From contig JADHWO010000002.1 of assembly GCA_016783445.1 (NCBI GenBank), forward strand, positions 25,464 through 89,463: DNA of 64,000 nt. The letters run 5' to 3'. The notes beneath the pieces were generated by a model. That model was not told where the DNA came from. It did no database searches and saw nothing but the letters and a program-made list of their open reading frames with translations. The position numbers and the translations under genes are program-made. This stretch comes from Candidatus Aminicenantes bacterium (GTDB lineage: Bacteria; Acidobacteriota; Aminicenantia; Aminicenantales; Aminicenantaceae). Shown here piece after piece: positions 39,877 through 48,961 of the stretch (position 1 is the first letter of the stretch; each line of letters starts with the position of its first letter).

Positions 39877-41049
39877 TTAAAATTTAAATCTTATTCCTGA
39901 GCGAAAGCTGAAGCCACTGAAATCAAAAACGCCTTTTCTTATAATTTTATAACCGGATGGTTCTTCTTCAAGTATGGTCAAATAAGGATAGTTATCATCT
40001 TCCAGATAATAAAGCACTCCTTCTTCTACTGAATCAACATATCTCCATACATCCCACACTCTATCTGTTTCCTTCCCTTTGAAGTTGGAAACCTTGGCAT
40101 ATCTCCCCCGGCCTTCGATAAAAAAGATAGCTCTATGGGTTAATTTGATTTCAAAGCTGATCCCCCCGTGAAATCCGAGACCTTTGGCACTTGTTTTGTG
40201 ATAAATGCTATTCAGATTCGTCCAGTCCTTATCAAGGGTAAGGGAATACTTAGTCAGATAGAGTGCTGCTCCACAATTAAAGGAGACAGCAAATAAGCGA
40301 TGAATGGGAAGGGAAAAATACAATCCAAGTCTGATAGGAACAGCAGTTATTTTGGGCGTACTACGCAATTGTTCTAGCCCTAATAAGCCCGCTCCTGACA
40401 CAGTTAGAGTATTTGTTTCAGACGCGCTAATGTAACCTGCTCCTAGTCCAATTCCAATTTGAGGGGTGAAGTTAAAAATGATATCTCCTGAGATATCAAC
40501 TGCATTGTGGAAGGATTCTGTCTTGCTTTCCAGGGAGTAGCCTGCGGAAGAGAGAAAATCAGCATTTGAATCATACAAACCTTCGGTCCCTTTAGTTATG
40601 TCCCCACCAAAAAAATAATTCAGGCCTCCACTGAGCTTAACGCTCAATCCTATACCCTGGAAAAATTCAGGTTCTTCTTCCCAAAAATCCGGTTCTTTAG
40701 TAGTCTTTTCCTTTATTATGTCCACAGCGTTTGAGTGAATGTAGCCTATAAGCACAAACCCTTCCTTGTCAGGTCCTATGATCACCCGGAACCACTCTCC
40801 TGCCTTTTCATATGATTTTAGAATCGTTCCTTTCAAGGCGCTGGTTACGACCGGACTTTTTATATCGGGCTCCAGTCGAATATCTGCCTTCTCAACCTTG
40901 ATTTTTAGCTCCCATTCAGAAGAGCTCGAATTTAATGCATAAATATTGAGCGTTAAAAGACATACTACTAATAAAATTAGAAAGGGGTTTATTCTGCTTA
41001 TTTTAGTACTCCTATATACTATATTATCTCTAAAATAATTATTGTGCAA
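39877..41049 (-). CDS. Secreted protein with an N-terminal SH3b-like domain and a probable C-terminal outer-membrane beta-barrel
   Basis: There is a signal peptide, amphipathic beta strands and a C-terminal ...IRFKF. Confidence 0.45.
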   Translation of the reverse strand: MHNNYFRDNIVYRSTKISRINPFLILLVVCLLTLNIYALNSSSSEWELKIKVEKADIRLEPDIKSPVVTSALKGTILKSYEKAGEWFRVIIGPDKEGFVLIGYIHSNAVDIIKEKTTKEPDFWEEEPEFFQGIGLSVKLSGGLNYFFGGDITKGTEGLYDSNADFLSSAGYSLESKTESFHNAVDISGDIIFNFTPQIGIGLGAGYISASETNTLTVSGAGLLGLEQLRSTPKITAVPIRLGLYFSLPIHRLFAVSFNCGAALYLTKYSLTLDKDWTNLNSIYHKTSAKGLGFHGGISFEIKLTHRAIFFIEGRGRYAKVSNFKGKETDRVWDVWRYVDSVEEGVLYYLEDDNYPYLTILEEEPSGYKIIRKGVFDFSGFSFRSGIRFKF

Positions 41050-41159
41050 TCTTTATGCCAGATGATAACAGGCTAAAATATTTTTTTTCAAGCTTATAAT
41101 TGTCCATGATTATGTACATGTGTAATTGATTGAGAACGATGCTGAAGACCCCCTTTTTA

Positions 41160-44100
41160 TTATTTTATTTCTTTGATTCTGATGTTGCGGAACTCCACAT
41201 GCGAGCCATGGCCGAGGAAACCAATGTGTCCCTTCTCCCGTTTGAGTCCTGGATGGTCTTTTCCATCTAGTGTAGTGGGTGTGCTGGCTTTATCGATATT
41301 TGCATCAACGATAGTTACACCGTTGAGATTGACGATGATTTTTCTGCCCCTGGCAATAACTTCCTCATAATTCCACTCGCCGACAGGTCTGAGATAACCG
41401 CGTTTGGCTGGAACAATACCGTATATGGAACCGTGATACTGGTATGGCTCTAGGTCTTTATAGATGTGAGCTGTATTGTCCAGGATTTGAAGTTCCATGC
41501 CTACATAGGCCGCATCTCCTGTCAGAGGAGCGCGAATCCCCAGCCCGTTGTTTGCACCGGAAGTAAGTTTAAACTCAAACCGCAGGATATAGTCACTGTA
41601 TTCCTTTTCTGTGTACAAATTCCCGCTTCCGCGTTTCGGATAAATAACGATTTTTCCATCTTCGGCAACATAGCCGGTTGTCTCACCGGTCCAACCTGTA
41701 AGATCCTTCCCATTAAATAACAGCTCAAAACCCTCGGCAGTTTCCTGCTCAGTCAGGCCCTGGGCTCCCTTCTCAGGGATAATCTCACGGATGAATATGT
41801 TACGGAAATAGAGCGGACTGTTATGTGATTGAAGTTCGATCTGGCCTGTCGGGTAGATCGGTTTATCCTGCTCCCAATAATTTTCCATTACTACATTATC
41901 TACCATCAGTACATCATTTAAGTAAACCGTAACCTTTTCACCTGTCATCTTGATTCGGAAAGTGTTCCATTCGCCAATAGGATTATCCACACATTTTAGC
42001 GGCTTACTCGGACCTTCTTTGTTATTGTACAGACCGCCGGAACCCTCAGGCCATTGTTCTGGATCCCAGATCTGCACTTGAGGCGACCCGCGGAGATAAA
42101 TGCCGCTGTCTCCACCCTTCTCAATTTTCCAATCAACAAGCATTTCGAAATCAGTGTAATCTTTTAAAGTACAGAGGCTCTCTCCTTTGCCGTCAAAAAC
42201 AAGTATCCCGTCTACAACCTTCCAGTGTTCACGCATCGATAGATCTGCCTCTTCCTGCGCTTTAGTCAATTCTTCCGGAGTCATTTTTGTTCGACTGATG
42301 GGATCACCGACAAGGCCTTTCCATCCGGAAAGATCTTTCCCGTTAAAAAGGGATACAAATCCTCCTTGCTCCAGAATGGCGCTGATATATTTCTCAATCC
42401 TTTCCTGTTCATAACTGTCTTCAATGAGCCCGACCGATTTTTTCAGCACAGATATCACTTCAGCTCCAAAGAGTCCTCTTGCTGTCCCGGGTTGGGGCAA
42501 TGCAATTTCTGCCACGGTTATGGCTGCTTGAGCCTGTAAATCCTGGTCACCAAGATAGGCTGCAACAAGCCTCAGTGAGTTTAGGATTTTTACACTGCCC
42601 AATCCCTTTAGAATATGATTTTTTTCTTCTGTTTCTGCTGCAATATCCAGGGCTTCTTTGAGTATGCTGAGCCTCCTTTCTGGAGTAAGTTCTGATTCTA
42701 TTACGAGCCTGACATAACCCTGAATAGCAAAAAGACGGTGTTCCTGTTTTTTTGTAGTGCTGTAAATATTAAACAATTCCTCTACAGCGCTAATGTCAGG
42801 CCACTCAGCCAGAGTGGAGACCGCCGCATCTTGAATAATTGGGTCTTCGGTTTTTGTCTCTTCTATTACGGTTTGAAGTGCGTTCTTTCCACCAATTTTT
42901 GCAAGAGGCCTCAGCAGATCAATCCGTTTTGTGTCAGTGGTTTCCTCCAGCGTTTCCAGTATCAGGTCAGCGCGCTTTTCCGGATCAATAATTAAATTTG
43001 CACTGGCCACCACAGCATTTTGAGCAAGCGATATTTCGGTGCTGTTTTGAGCTTCAAGAAGAATTTTTATTAAATGTGGCAGGTCTGTTTCACTTGCCAG
43101 ATTTTCAAGCCCGGCAAGAGCGGCAAGCCGGACTGATTCGTGATCACTATTTATTTGAGTAAAAACTGTATCTACATGTTCCTTTGCCAGCCGCTCAGAT
43201 AGGATTTCTATAAGAGCTACCTGAGCTAGTGGCGGCATTTCTTCCAAGATTTCGACCACACCAGGAACAACCTCGCTGCTTGGAAATCTTTTAAGAACTT
43301 GTTTTGTAGTATTAATTTCGTCCGCCTGATCTGTGTGCAAAGAGGTGAATAATTCAGGAAGAACATCACTTCCTCCAAGATGGGCCAAAGCTGGAATTGC
43401 TGCCAGCCGGATAATTTTTTCCTCACTCTTTAATGCCTGTAAAAGTGTAGGAAGTGCTGATATGTTTTTGCGGTACCCGAGCATTGTGATTATTTCTGCC
43501 TGAGTTTCTGTTGGAACCTCGGTCATTTTTTTTATCCATTGTGCGGTAGCGTATTCTCCTTGGAAAGTGCCGGCAAGTTCAATTGCTCTTGATCGAAGTT
43601 CTTTGTTTGGATTTTCCATGGAAGACAGGAGGTCTCCAAAAGCCCTCTCGCCTATAGCGTTTACCAGTATACTTAAAGCCAAACACGGGACATTGCTTTC
43701 ATGAGGGGATGTGTAGTTTTTTATCAGATTGCGGCAGATCCTTGCACACTGCTGCTTTTTCCCAGATTCAGCGAGACGCTGGGCGTATAATAAATAAAGT
43801 GAAGGAGCTTTTGATCTTTCGTAAGATGAGGAAGCTACTGAAATACTGTCTAATACCTTTTCAGACTTCGGATCGCCGATATTTGCCAGAGCGTATAAAG
43901 TTACGTGGCGCAGTTTTTCGTTTCTACTGGAAACATATCTGGTGATTTTTTTCACAGCTGCCTTACTGCGAAACTCACCAAGGGCTTTTATGATCGTGAT
44001 CCTGTTTGTTTCTGATACAGAGCGAAGGGATTTTAACAAAGCCTTCTCAGCCTCAGGTGTTCGGATGGCAAGCAGTGCCTGAGTTGCCGGTTCGCATAAC

Positions 44101-44549
44101 CTTTTGTCCTTGAGAAATATTCTTAGGGGTTTAACGGATTCGTTTTTACCGACAAGTTGAAGCTGACGGATTAAAAATGCTTTTACCTCACTATCTTTTT
44201 GTGACTCCAGAGCTTTCAAAAGAGTTCTGGCATAGATTCCTCGTTCCTGTTCAGCCCCAGCTCGGTGGGCATATACAGATAGTGCATTCAGTGCGAATCG
44301 GACCCTGGTGTCATCACCTGTTCCCGGCGGAACCAGCATGCGGCAAACCTCCTGAATTCCTTCCTGACCAAGTTGAATGAGTTCAGAGGCTAACTTATCT
44401 CTTTCAGCAGTGTTTTGAGCGGGAAATTTGGCAAGTGTATCAACAACTTTTGTCTTTGAAGTTCTTACATCTTCCTGTCCGATCACCAAAGATGAGGCTA
44501 ACAGCAATGCTGTTATCAAAATAAGTATTGTTTTTTTCTTGTTTTTCAT
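41160..44549 (-). CDS. Large secreted protein with N-terminal HEAT/ARM repeats and two C-terminal DUF1080 (3-keto-glycoside hydrolase-like) domains
   Basis: There is a signal peptide after the internal Met (MKNKKKTILIL). Two DUF1080 ends are present, YFRNIFIREI and EFRNIRIKEIK. No CxxCH motif is present. Confidence 0.7.
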   Translation of the reverse strand: MKNKKKTILILITALLLASSLVIGQEDVRTSKTKVVDTLAKFPAQNTAERDKLASELIQLGQEGIQEVCRMLVPPGTGDDTRVRFALNALSVYAHRAGAEQERGIYARTLLKALESQKDSEVKAFLIRQLQLVGKNESVKPLRIFLKDKRLCEPATQALLAIRTPEAEKALLKSLRSVSETNRITIIKALGEFRSKAAVKKITRYVSSRNEKLRHVTLYALANIGDPKSEKVLDSISVASSSYERSKAPSLYLLYAQRLAESGKKQQCARICRNLIKNYTSPHESNVPCLALSILVNAIGERAFGDLLSSMENPNKELRSRAIELAGTFQGEYATAQWIKKMTEVPTETQAEIITMLGYRKNISALPTLLQALKSEEKIIRLAAIPALAHLGGSDVLPELFTSLHTDQADEINTTKQVLKRFPSSEVVPGVVEILEEMPPLAQVALIEILSERLAKEHVDTVFTQINSDHESVRLAALAGLENLASETDLPHLIKILLEAQNSTEISLAQNAVVASANLIIDPEKRADLILETLEETTDTKRIDLLRPLAKIGGKNALQTVIEETKTEDPIIQDAAVSTLAEWPDISAVEELFNIYSTTKKQEHRLFAIQGYVRLVIESELTPERRLSILKEALDIAAETEEKNHILKGLGSVKILNSLRLVAAYLGDQDLQAQAAITVAEIALPQPGTARGLFGAEVISVLKKSVGLIEDSYEQERIEKYISAILEQGGFVSLFNGKDLSGWKGLVGDPISRTKMTPEELTKAQEEADLSMREHWKVVDGILVFDGKGESLCTLKDYTDFEMLVDWKIEKGGDSGIYLRGSPQVQIWDPEQWPEGSGGLYNNKEGPSKPLKCVDNPIGEWNTFRIKMTGEKVTVYLNDVLMVDNVVMENYWEQDKPIYPTGQIELQSHNSPLYFRNIFIREIIPEKGAQGLTEQETAEGFELLFNGKDLTGWTGETTGYVAEDGKIVIYPKRGSGNLYTEKEYSDYILRFEFKLTSGANNGLGIRAPLTGDAAYVGMELQILDNTAHIYKDLEPYQYHGSIYGIVPAKRGYLRPVGEWNYEEVIARGRKIIVNLNGVTIVDANIDKASTPTTLDGKDHPGLKREKGHIGFLGHGSHVEFRNIRIKEIK

Positions 44550-44577
44550 TTGAATATCTCCATGTAAAAAAGCTGCC

Positions 44578-45855
44578 TTATAGATGCCATGGTGCACGCA
44601 TGGGTTGAGCGATTAAACGGTTTGCCTCCACATCATTAATGAACCGCTGTTTGTCCGGGTCAAAATGAAGAGGTCTTCCCAATCGCACAGCAATTTTGCT
44701 CAGATTGACGATTGTACAGGAACGATGTCCATTTTCTTCATTTAAGGCAAACTTTTTTCGGGTTCTAACAGCCTTGATAAAGTCGGTCACCTGAGGTTCT
44801 GGGTCAGGAAGAGTAGCCAGTTTTTCTTTTAAATTGGGAATATCGGATTCAAGGCCTTTGAATAACTTTCCATCGGGCCCTTCGATGAACGCTGCATCTT
44901 TATCCTTGTTTTCGCCGTCAAGGATTATTTCACAGCCATCAGCATATTTTAATTGAATCCGGCGCCAGCTTCCACAAGCGTCAGGATGCTGCTGGGGACA
45001 GTCAGCTTCAATTTCGACCGGACTGGTGTCATCTTTGTCAAGAATATATTGAACCGGGTCAAGGTAATGCATACCCATGTCTCCAAGTCCGCCGCCATCA
45101 TAATCCCAGTATCCACGGAATGTGCCGTGAACTCGATGCTTGTTATAAGGTTTATAGGGAGCAGGACCGAGCCAGAAATCATAATCCAGTTCTTTAGGAA
45201 CAGGTTCGGGTTTTAAATTTGTTTCTCCGCTCCAGTAAAATTTCCAGTCAAAACCGGTTATGCCGCTGACCGTAACTTTTAAAGGCCAGCCCAATATGCC
45301 GCTCTGGACCAGTTTTTTTATTGGCTTGACAGTAGTGTCAAAACCGTAGAACTGATCTCTAAATCTGAACCAGGTATTCAGCCTGAAAATTCTTCCATTC
45401 TTCTGCACAGCTTCCACAATTTTTTGTCCTTCGCCGATTGTTCTTGTCATAGGTTTTTCACACCAGATGTCCTTGCCTGCTTCTGCTGCAGCAACGGCGA
45501 TGAGTGCGTGCCAGTGTGGGGGGGTTGGGATATGGACAATGTCAATATCAGACCGCTCAAGGACTTCACGAAAATCCTTATAGCCTGCAACTCCGGGCCC
45601 GGCAATTTTTTGTGCCATGTTTAAATGTTTTTCATCAACATCACATACTGCCAGAAGTTTAGCCCCCGGATAATGAAGGTGCACCCGTCCCATACCGCCT
45701 ACGCCAATTACAGCTTTTGTAAGCTGGTCGCTGGGTGCTGTGTAGCCTGCGCCTCCCAGAACGTAACGTGGCACTATTGTGAGGGCAGCAGTGGCAGATA
45801 TTGTATGCTTAATAAAATCCCTTCGGGTTATTTGTTTTTTTCTTGTCATATCCAT
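44578..45855 (-). CDS. Tat-exported Gfo/Idh/MocA-family oxidoreductase
   Basis: The Tat motif is TRRDFIKHT. The Rossmann segment is KAVIGVGGMG. It is in an operon with the HEAT-DUF1080 gene. Confidence 0.85.
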   Translation of the reverse strand: MDMTRKKQITRRDFIKHTISATAALTIVPRYVLGGAGYTAPSDQLTKAVIGVGGMGRVHLHYPGAKLLAVCDVDEKHLNMAQKIAGPGVAGYKDFREVLERSDIDIVHIPTPPHWHALIAVAAAEAGKDIWCEKPMTRTIGEGQKIVEAVQKNGRIFRLNTWFRFRDQFYGFDTTVKPIKKLVQSGILGWPLKVTVSGITGFDWKFYWSGETNLKPEPVPKELDYDFWLGPAPYKPYNKHRVHGTFRGYWDYDGGGLGDMGMHYLDPVQYILDKDDTSPVEIEADCPQQHPDACGSWRRIQLKYADGCEIILDGENKDKDAAFIEGPDGKLFKGLESDIPNLKEKLATLPDPEPQVTDFIKAVRTRKKFALNEENGHRSCTIVNLSKIAVRLGRPLHFDPDKQRFINDVEANRLIAQPMRAPWHL

Positions 45856-45999
45856 CTCCTGTTTTTTGGAATGTTATGACCGGGTATTTACGGCAAACGC
45901 GGCTCGTTAATAATCCAGGCTATTTTAAGCCAGCATATTATACAGCATTACTATAAGAATTTCTTTTTTTGCATGCAAGAGCTTTCCTCCTTTTTGCTG

Positions 46000-46028
46000 T
46001 AATGTCAAATGTTGAGACGCGACCCCTT
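46000..46028 (+). promoter_or_regulatory. Copy of the 26-bp motif GTAATGTCAAATGTTGAGACGCGACCCC, in the divergent promoter region
   Basis: It lies between the Gfo gene (-, start 45855) and the GHMP kinase gene (+, start 46149). Confidence 0.4.
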
Positions 46029-46148
46029 TTTAACTTTTGCAGCTTTATTTTTTCGATTTTAATAATCCTGAAGACATAATTGATTGGCATACTGTTGTTG
46101 AATATGTAAAATAAGGGACCTTGAGGAATGTCCCTATAGAACAGGAAA

Positions 46149-47144
46149 ATGATTATAAATAATCGTGCCTATGCCAGGGCTGGCGTGTTTGGTAATCCTT
46201 CCGATGGATATTTCGGCAAGGTTATAGCGATATCGGTTAAAAATTTTTATGCAGAGGTCACACTCCGGGAATCCCGGGATCTCCGGATTGAGGAGAAAAA
46301 GCAGGACCTGAACGTTTACAGGAATATTCATGACCTTGTTAATAAGATCAACCTCTATGGATACTATGGTGGAGTTCGCCTGATCAGGGCAACGATTAAG
46401 AAGTTCCATGACTACTGCATGAGCCAGGATATCAGGCTGGAAGATAAAAACTTCACAATCCAGTATGATTCCAATATACCCCGCCAGCTTGGCTTAGGAG
46501 GCTCCAGTGCGATCATTACTGCAGCAATTCGCTCCTTGATGGAATATTATGAGGTAAAAATTCCCATAAAGATGCTTCCCTCAATAGTGCTGGATGTTGA
46601 GCTTAAGGAGCTGGGAATCAATGCAGGTTTTATGGACAGAGTTATCCAGGTTTATGAGGGTTGTATCTATATGGATTTAGATTCTGAGATAATAAGGGAG
46701 AAAGGACACGGAATTTATGAACGCCTGGATACAAAACTCATCCCTGAGCTCTATCTTGCCTACAAACCAGAACTGGGAAAAGTATCAGGGCATGTTTTAG
46801 ACGATATTCGAGCGGGATATGAAAAAGGGGATAGGTTGGTCATCAACACGTTAAAACGGATTGCAGAGATCGCAGAGATCGGGAAAAAAGCCCTGCTTCA
46901 TGGGAATATTGACGAGCTGCATGATTTGATGAACGAAAATTTTGACCTGCGAAGCAAGATCATGAAAATCAACGACAGCAATTTAGAGATGATACAGACA
47001 GCACGCCGGTGCGGGGCTTCGGCCAAATTTGCAGGCTCTGGCGGTTCTATCATCGGTATGTATAAAGATGATGATATGTTTTCCCGCTTAGCAAGTGAAC
47101 TGGAGAAGATCCAGGCCAAAGTTTTTAAACCCGTCATCGATTAG
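46149..47144 (+). CDS. GHMP-family kinase (sugar or small-molecule kinase)
   Basis: The ATP-binding motif is PRQLGLGGSSAIITAAI. Confidence 0.8.
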   Translation: MIINNRAYARAGVFGNPSDGYFGKVIAISVKNFYAEVTLRESRDLRIEEKKQDLNVYRNIHDLVNKINLYGYYGGVRLIRATIKKFHDYCMSQDIRLEDKNFTIQYDSNIPRQLGLGGSSAIITAAIRSLMEYYEVKIPIKMLPSIVLDVELKELGINAGFMDRVIQVYEGCIYMDLDSEIIREKGHGIYERLDTKLIPELYLAYKPELGKVSGHVLDDIRAGYEKGDRLVINTLKRIAEIAEIGKKALLHGNIDELHDLMNENFDLRSKIMKINDSNLEMIQTARRCGASAKFAGSGGSIIGMYKDDDMFSRLASELEKIQAKVFKPVID

Positions 47145-47147
47145 GCT

Positions 47148-47425
47148 GGATTATTCACGAGTAGACGTGAATTATTCACGAGTCGAGATTGCCGCAGATG
47201 CGAGGCGCAGGGTATGAAGCTGTGGTTCTCCACTGCGAATGCGCTGCAACGAAACAGATGCGGTAATACCGGCTCGCCAGGAGGGTAAAAAATGCCGAAA
47301 ATAAAATTAATAATAAGCCCTTGGGAGAATATTTGAATGTTAATTTTGAGAGATAATCAATGTAACAGGTTAATATTTTTAAAAATAAAAAATAGTTTCG
47401 GCAGTTTTTATGAATTGTTCACGAG
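47148..47425 (+). repeat. Copy C of the roughly 250-bp structured repeat. It fills the whole GHMP-dctP intergenic region.
   Basis: It aligns to 13583-13834. It ends ...tcggcagtttttatgaattgttcacgag, immediately before ATG 47426. Confidence 0.7.
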
Positions 47426-48424
47426 ATGAGGAATTTTAAAAGAAGGGTAAAGCTATTCACACTTTTTGTGCTTGCTTCCTACTTCTTTCTCAGTACAGGC
47501 TGTGGAGCCGATAAAAAGATTAAAATCATTAAGCTGGCACACGGCCTGAATCCTAAACATCCGGTTCACATGGCCATGAAATTTATGGCAGAGCGTGTAT
47601 TGGAGAAATCCGGCGGAAGACTGAGAATTGATATTTATCCAAGCGAACAACTGGGTTCTGAGCGAGAATGCCTGGAACTTCTACAAATAGGTAGTCTGGG
47701 CATGACAAAAGTCTCTTGCAGTGTGCTGGAAGGCTTTGTGCCTGCTATGAGTATTCTGAGCCTACCATATATTTTTTTGAATGAAGAACACCGTTTTAAA
47801 GTATTGGAAGGAGAGATCGGACGGAAACTGCTTTTGGAAGGCGAGAAATACTGGTTGAGAGGACTTTGTTATTATGATGCGGGAAGCAGGAGCTTCTACA
47901 CAAAAAATAAGCCCATATTATCCCCTTCAGATCTGGACGGAATGAAAGTCCGGACCCAGGAGAGTTCCACCTCAATGAGAATGGTCCAGGTCCTGGGGGG
48001 TTCACCCACACCGATTGCATGGGGAGAGCTTTATTCAGCCCTTCAGCAGGGAGTTGTGGATGGAGCGGAAAATAATCCACCGAGTTTTTTTCTTTCAAGA
48101 CATTTTGAAGTCTGCAAATTTTACTCTCTTGATGAGCACACGGGTGTACCGGATGTCCTTTTAATCAGCACAAAAATCTGGCACGAGCTTACGCCCGAGT
48201 TACAAGAGATACTTCAGGAAGCAGCCTATGAATCAGAACAGCACCAGAAGATATTATGGAAAAAAGCCACTCAAGACGCATTAGAGCAGGTTCAAAAGGC
48301 CGGGGTAAAAATATATTATCCGGATAAAGACCTTTTTGCTGAAAAAGTAAAATCCATATATGAAGCGTACAAAGCAAAACCGGAAATATATCAGCTTATT
48401 AAGCAAATTAAGGCGGTTCAGTGA
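47426..48424 (+). CDS. dctP: TRAP transporter substrate-binding protein (DctP family)
   Basis: There is a lipoprotein-like signal, and KLAHGLNPKHPVHMAMKFMAERV is typical of DctP. There is no SD, because the repeat abuts the start codon. Confidence 0.85.
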   Translation: MRNFKRRVKLFTLFVLASYFFLSTGCGADKKIKIIKLAHGLNPKHPVHMAMKFMAERVLEKSGGRLRIDIYPSEQLGSERECLELLQIGSLGMTKVSCSVLEGFVPAMSILSLPYIFLNEEHRFKVLEGEIGRKLLLEGEKYWLRGLCYYDAGSRSFYTKNKPILSPSDLDGMKVRTQESSTSMRMVQVLGGSPTPIAWGELYSALQQGVVDGAENNPPSFFLSRHFEVCKFYSLDEHTGVPDVLLISTKIWHELTPELQEILQEAAYESEQHQKILWKKATQDALEQVQKAGVKIYYPDKDLFAEKVKSIYEAYKAKPEIYQLIKQIKAVQ

Positions 48425-48945
48425 TGTTGGCAAAAGCTAAGTATAGAGTCGATAAGATATTAGCATGGCTTCTTATAGTCCTTATGGCTGCAAGCGTGCT
48501 CAACGTGCTGTGGCAGGTATTTACACGCTTTATACTTAAGAGTCCAAGCTCATATACAGAGGAATTAGCCCGATATCTCTTGATCTGGGTTGGCTTGCTT
48601 GGTGCAAGCTATGCTGCCGGTCAGAAAATGCACCTTGCGATTGATATTATTTTGGAGAAACTGAAGAGCAAAACAAAAAAAAATGTTGAGCTGTGTATCC
48701 AGATTATTATATTTCTTTTTGCACTGTTCGTAATGGTTTTCGGAGGCTTTCGTCTGGTTGTGATTACATTACACTTGAATCAAATATCTGCGGCTCTGCA
48801 GATAAAACTAGGATATGTCTATTTAGTGCTTCCCATAAGCGGACTCCTGATGATGTTTTATGCGGGAATCTTTTTTATAGAAAAGGTCCGGGGGATAACT
48901 GAGAGGTCAGTTGAGCATCAGACCGGGATAATAAAAGGAGTCTGA
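48421..48945 (+). CDS. dctQ: TRAP transporter small permease (DctQ)
   Basis: It has 4 TM helices. It overlaps the dctP stop by 4 bp. Confidence 0.75.
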   Translation: MMLAKAKYRVDKILAWLLIVLMAASVLNVLWQVFTRFILKSPSSYTEELARYLLIWVGLLGASYAAGQKMHLAIDIILEKLKSKTKKNVELCIQIIIFLFALFVMVFGGFRLVVITLHLNQISAALQIKLGYVYLVLPISGLLMMFYAGIFFIEKVRGITERSVEHQTGIIKGV

Positions 48946-48961
48946 AAAAGCGGGAATAGGC

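Noticed and set aside
41160-44549. Possible multihaem cytochrome or PVC-type haem-binding domain in the HEAT-DUF1080 protein
   Set aside because: No CxxCH motif is present in any frame of the gene.
47426-47428. Alternative downstream start for dctP, to explain the absence of an SD
   Set aside because: The next in-frame Met is far inside the mature domain. The N-terminus from 47426 forms a good signal peptide. The missing SD is better explained by the repeat insertion.
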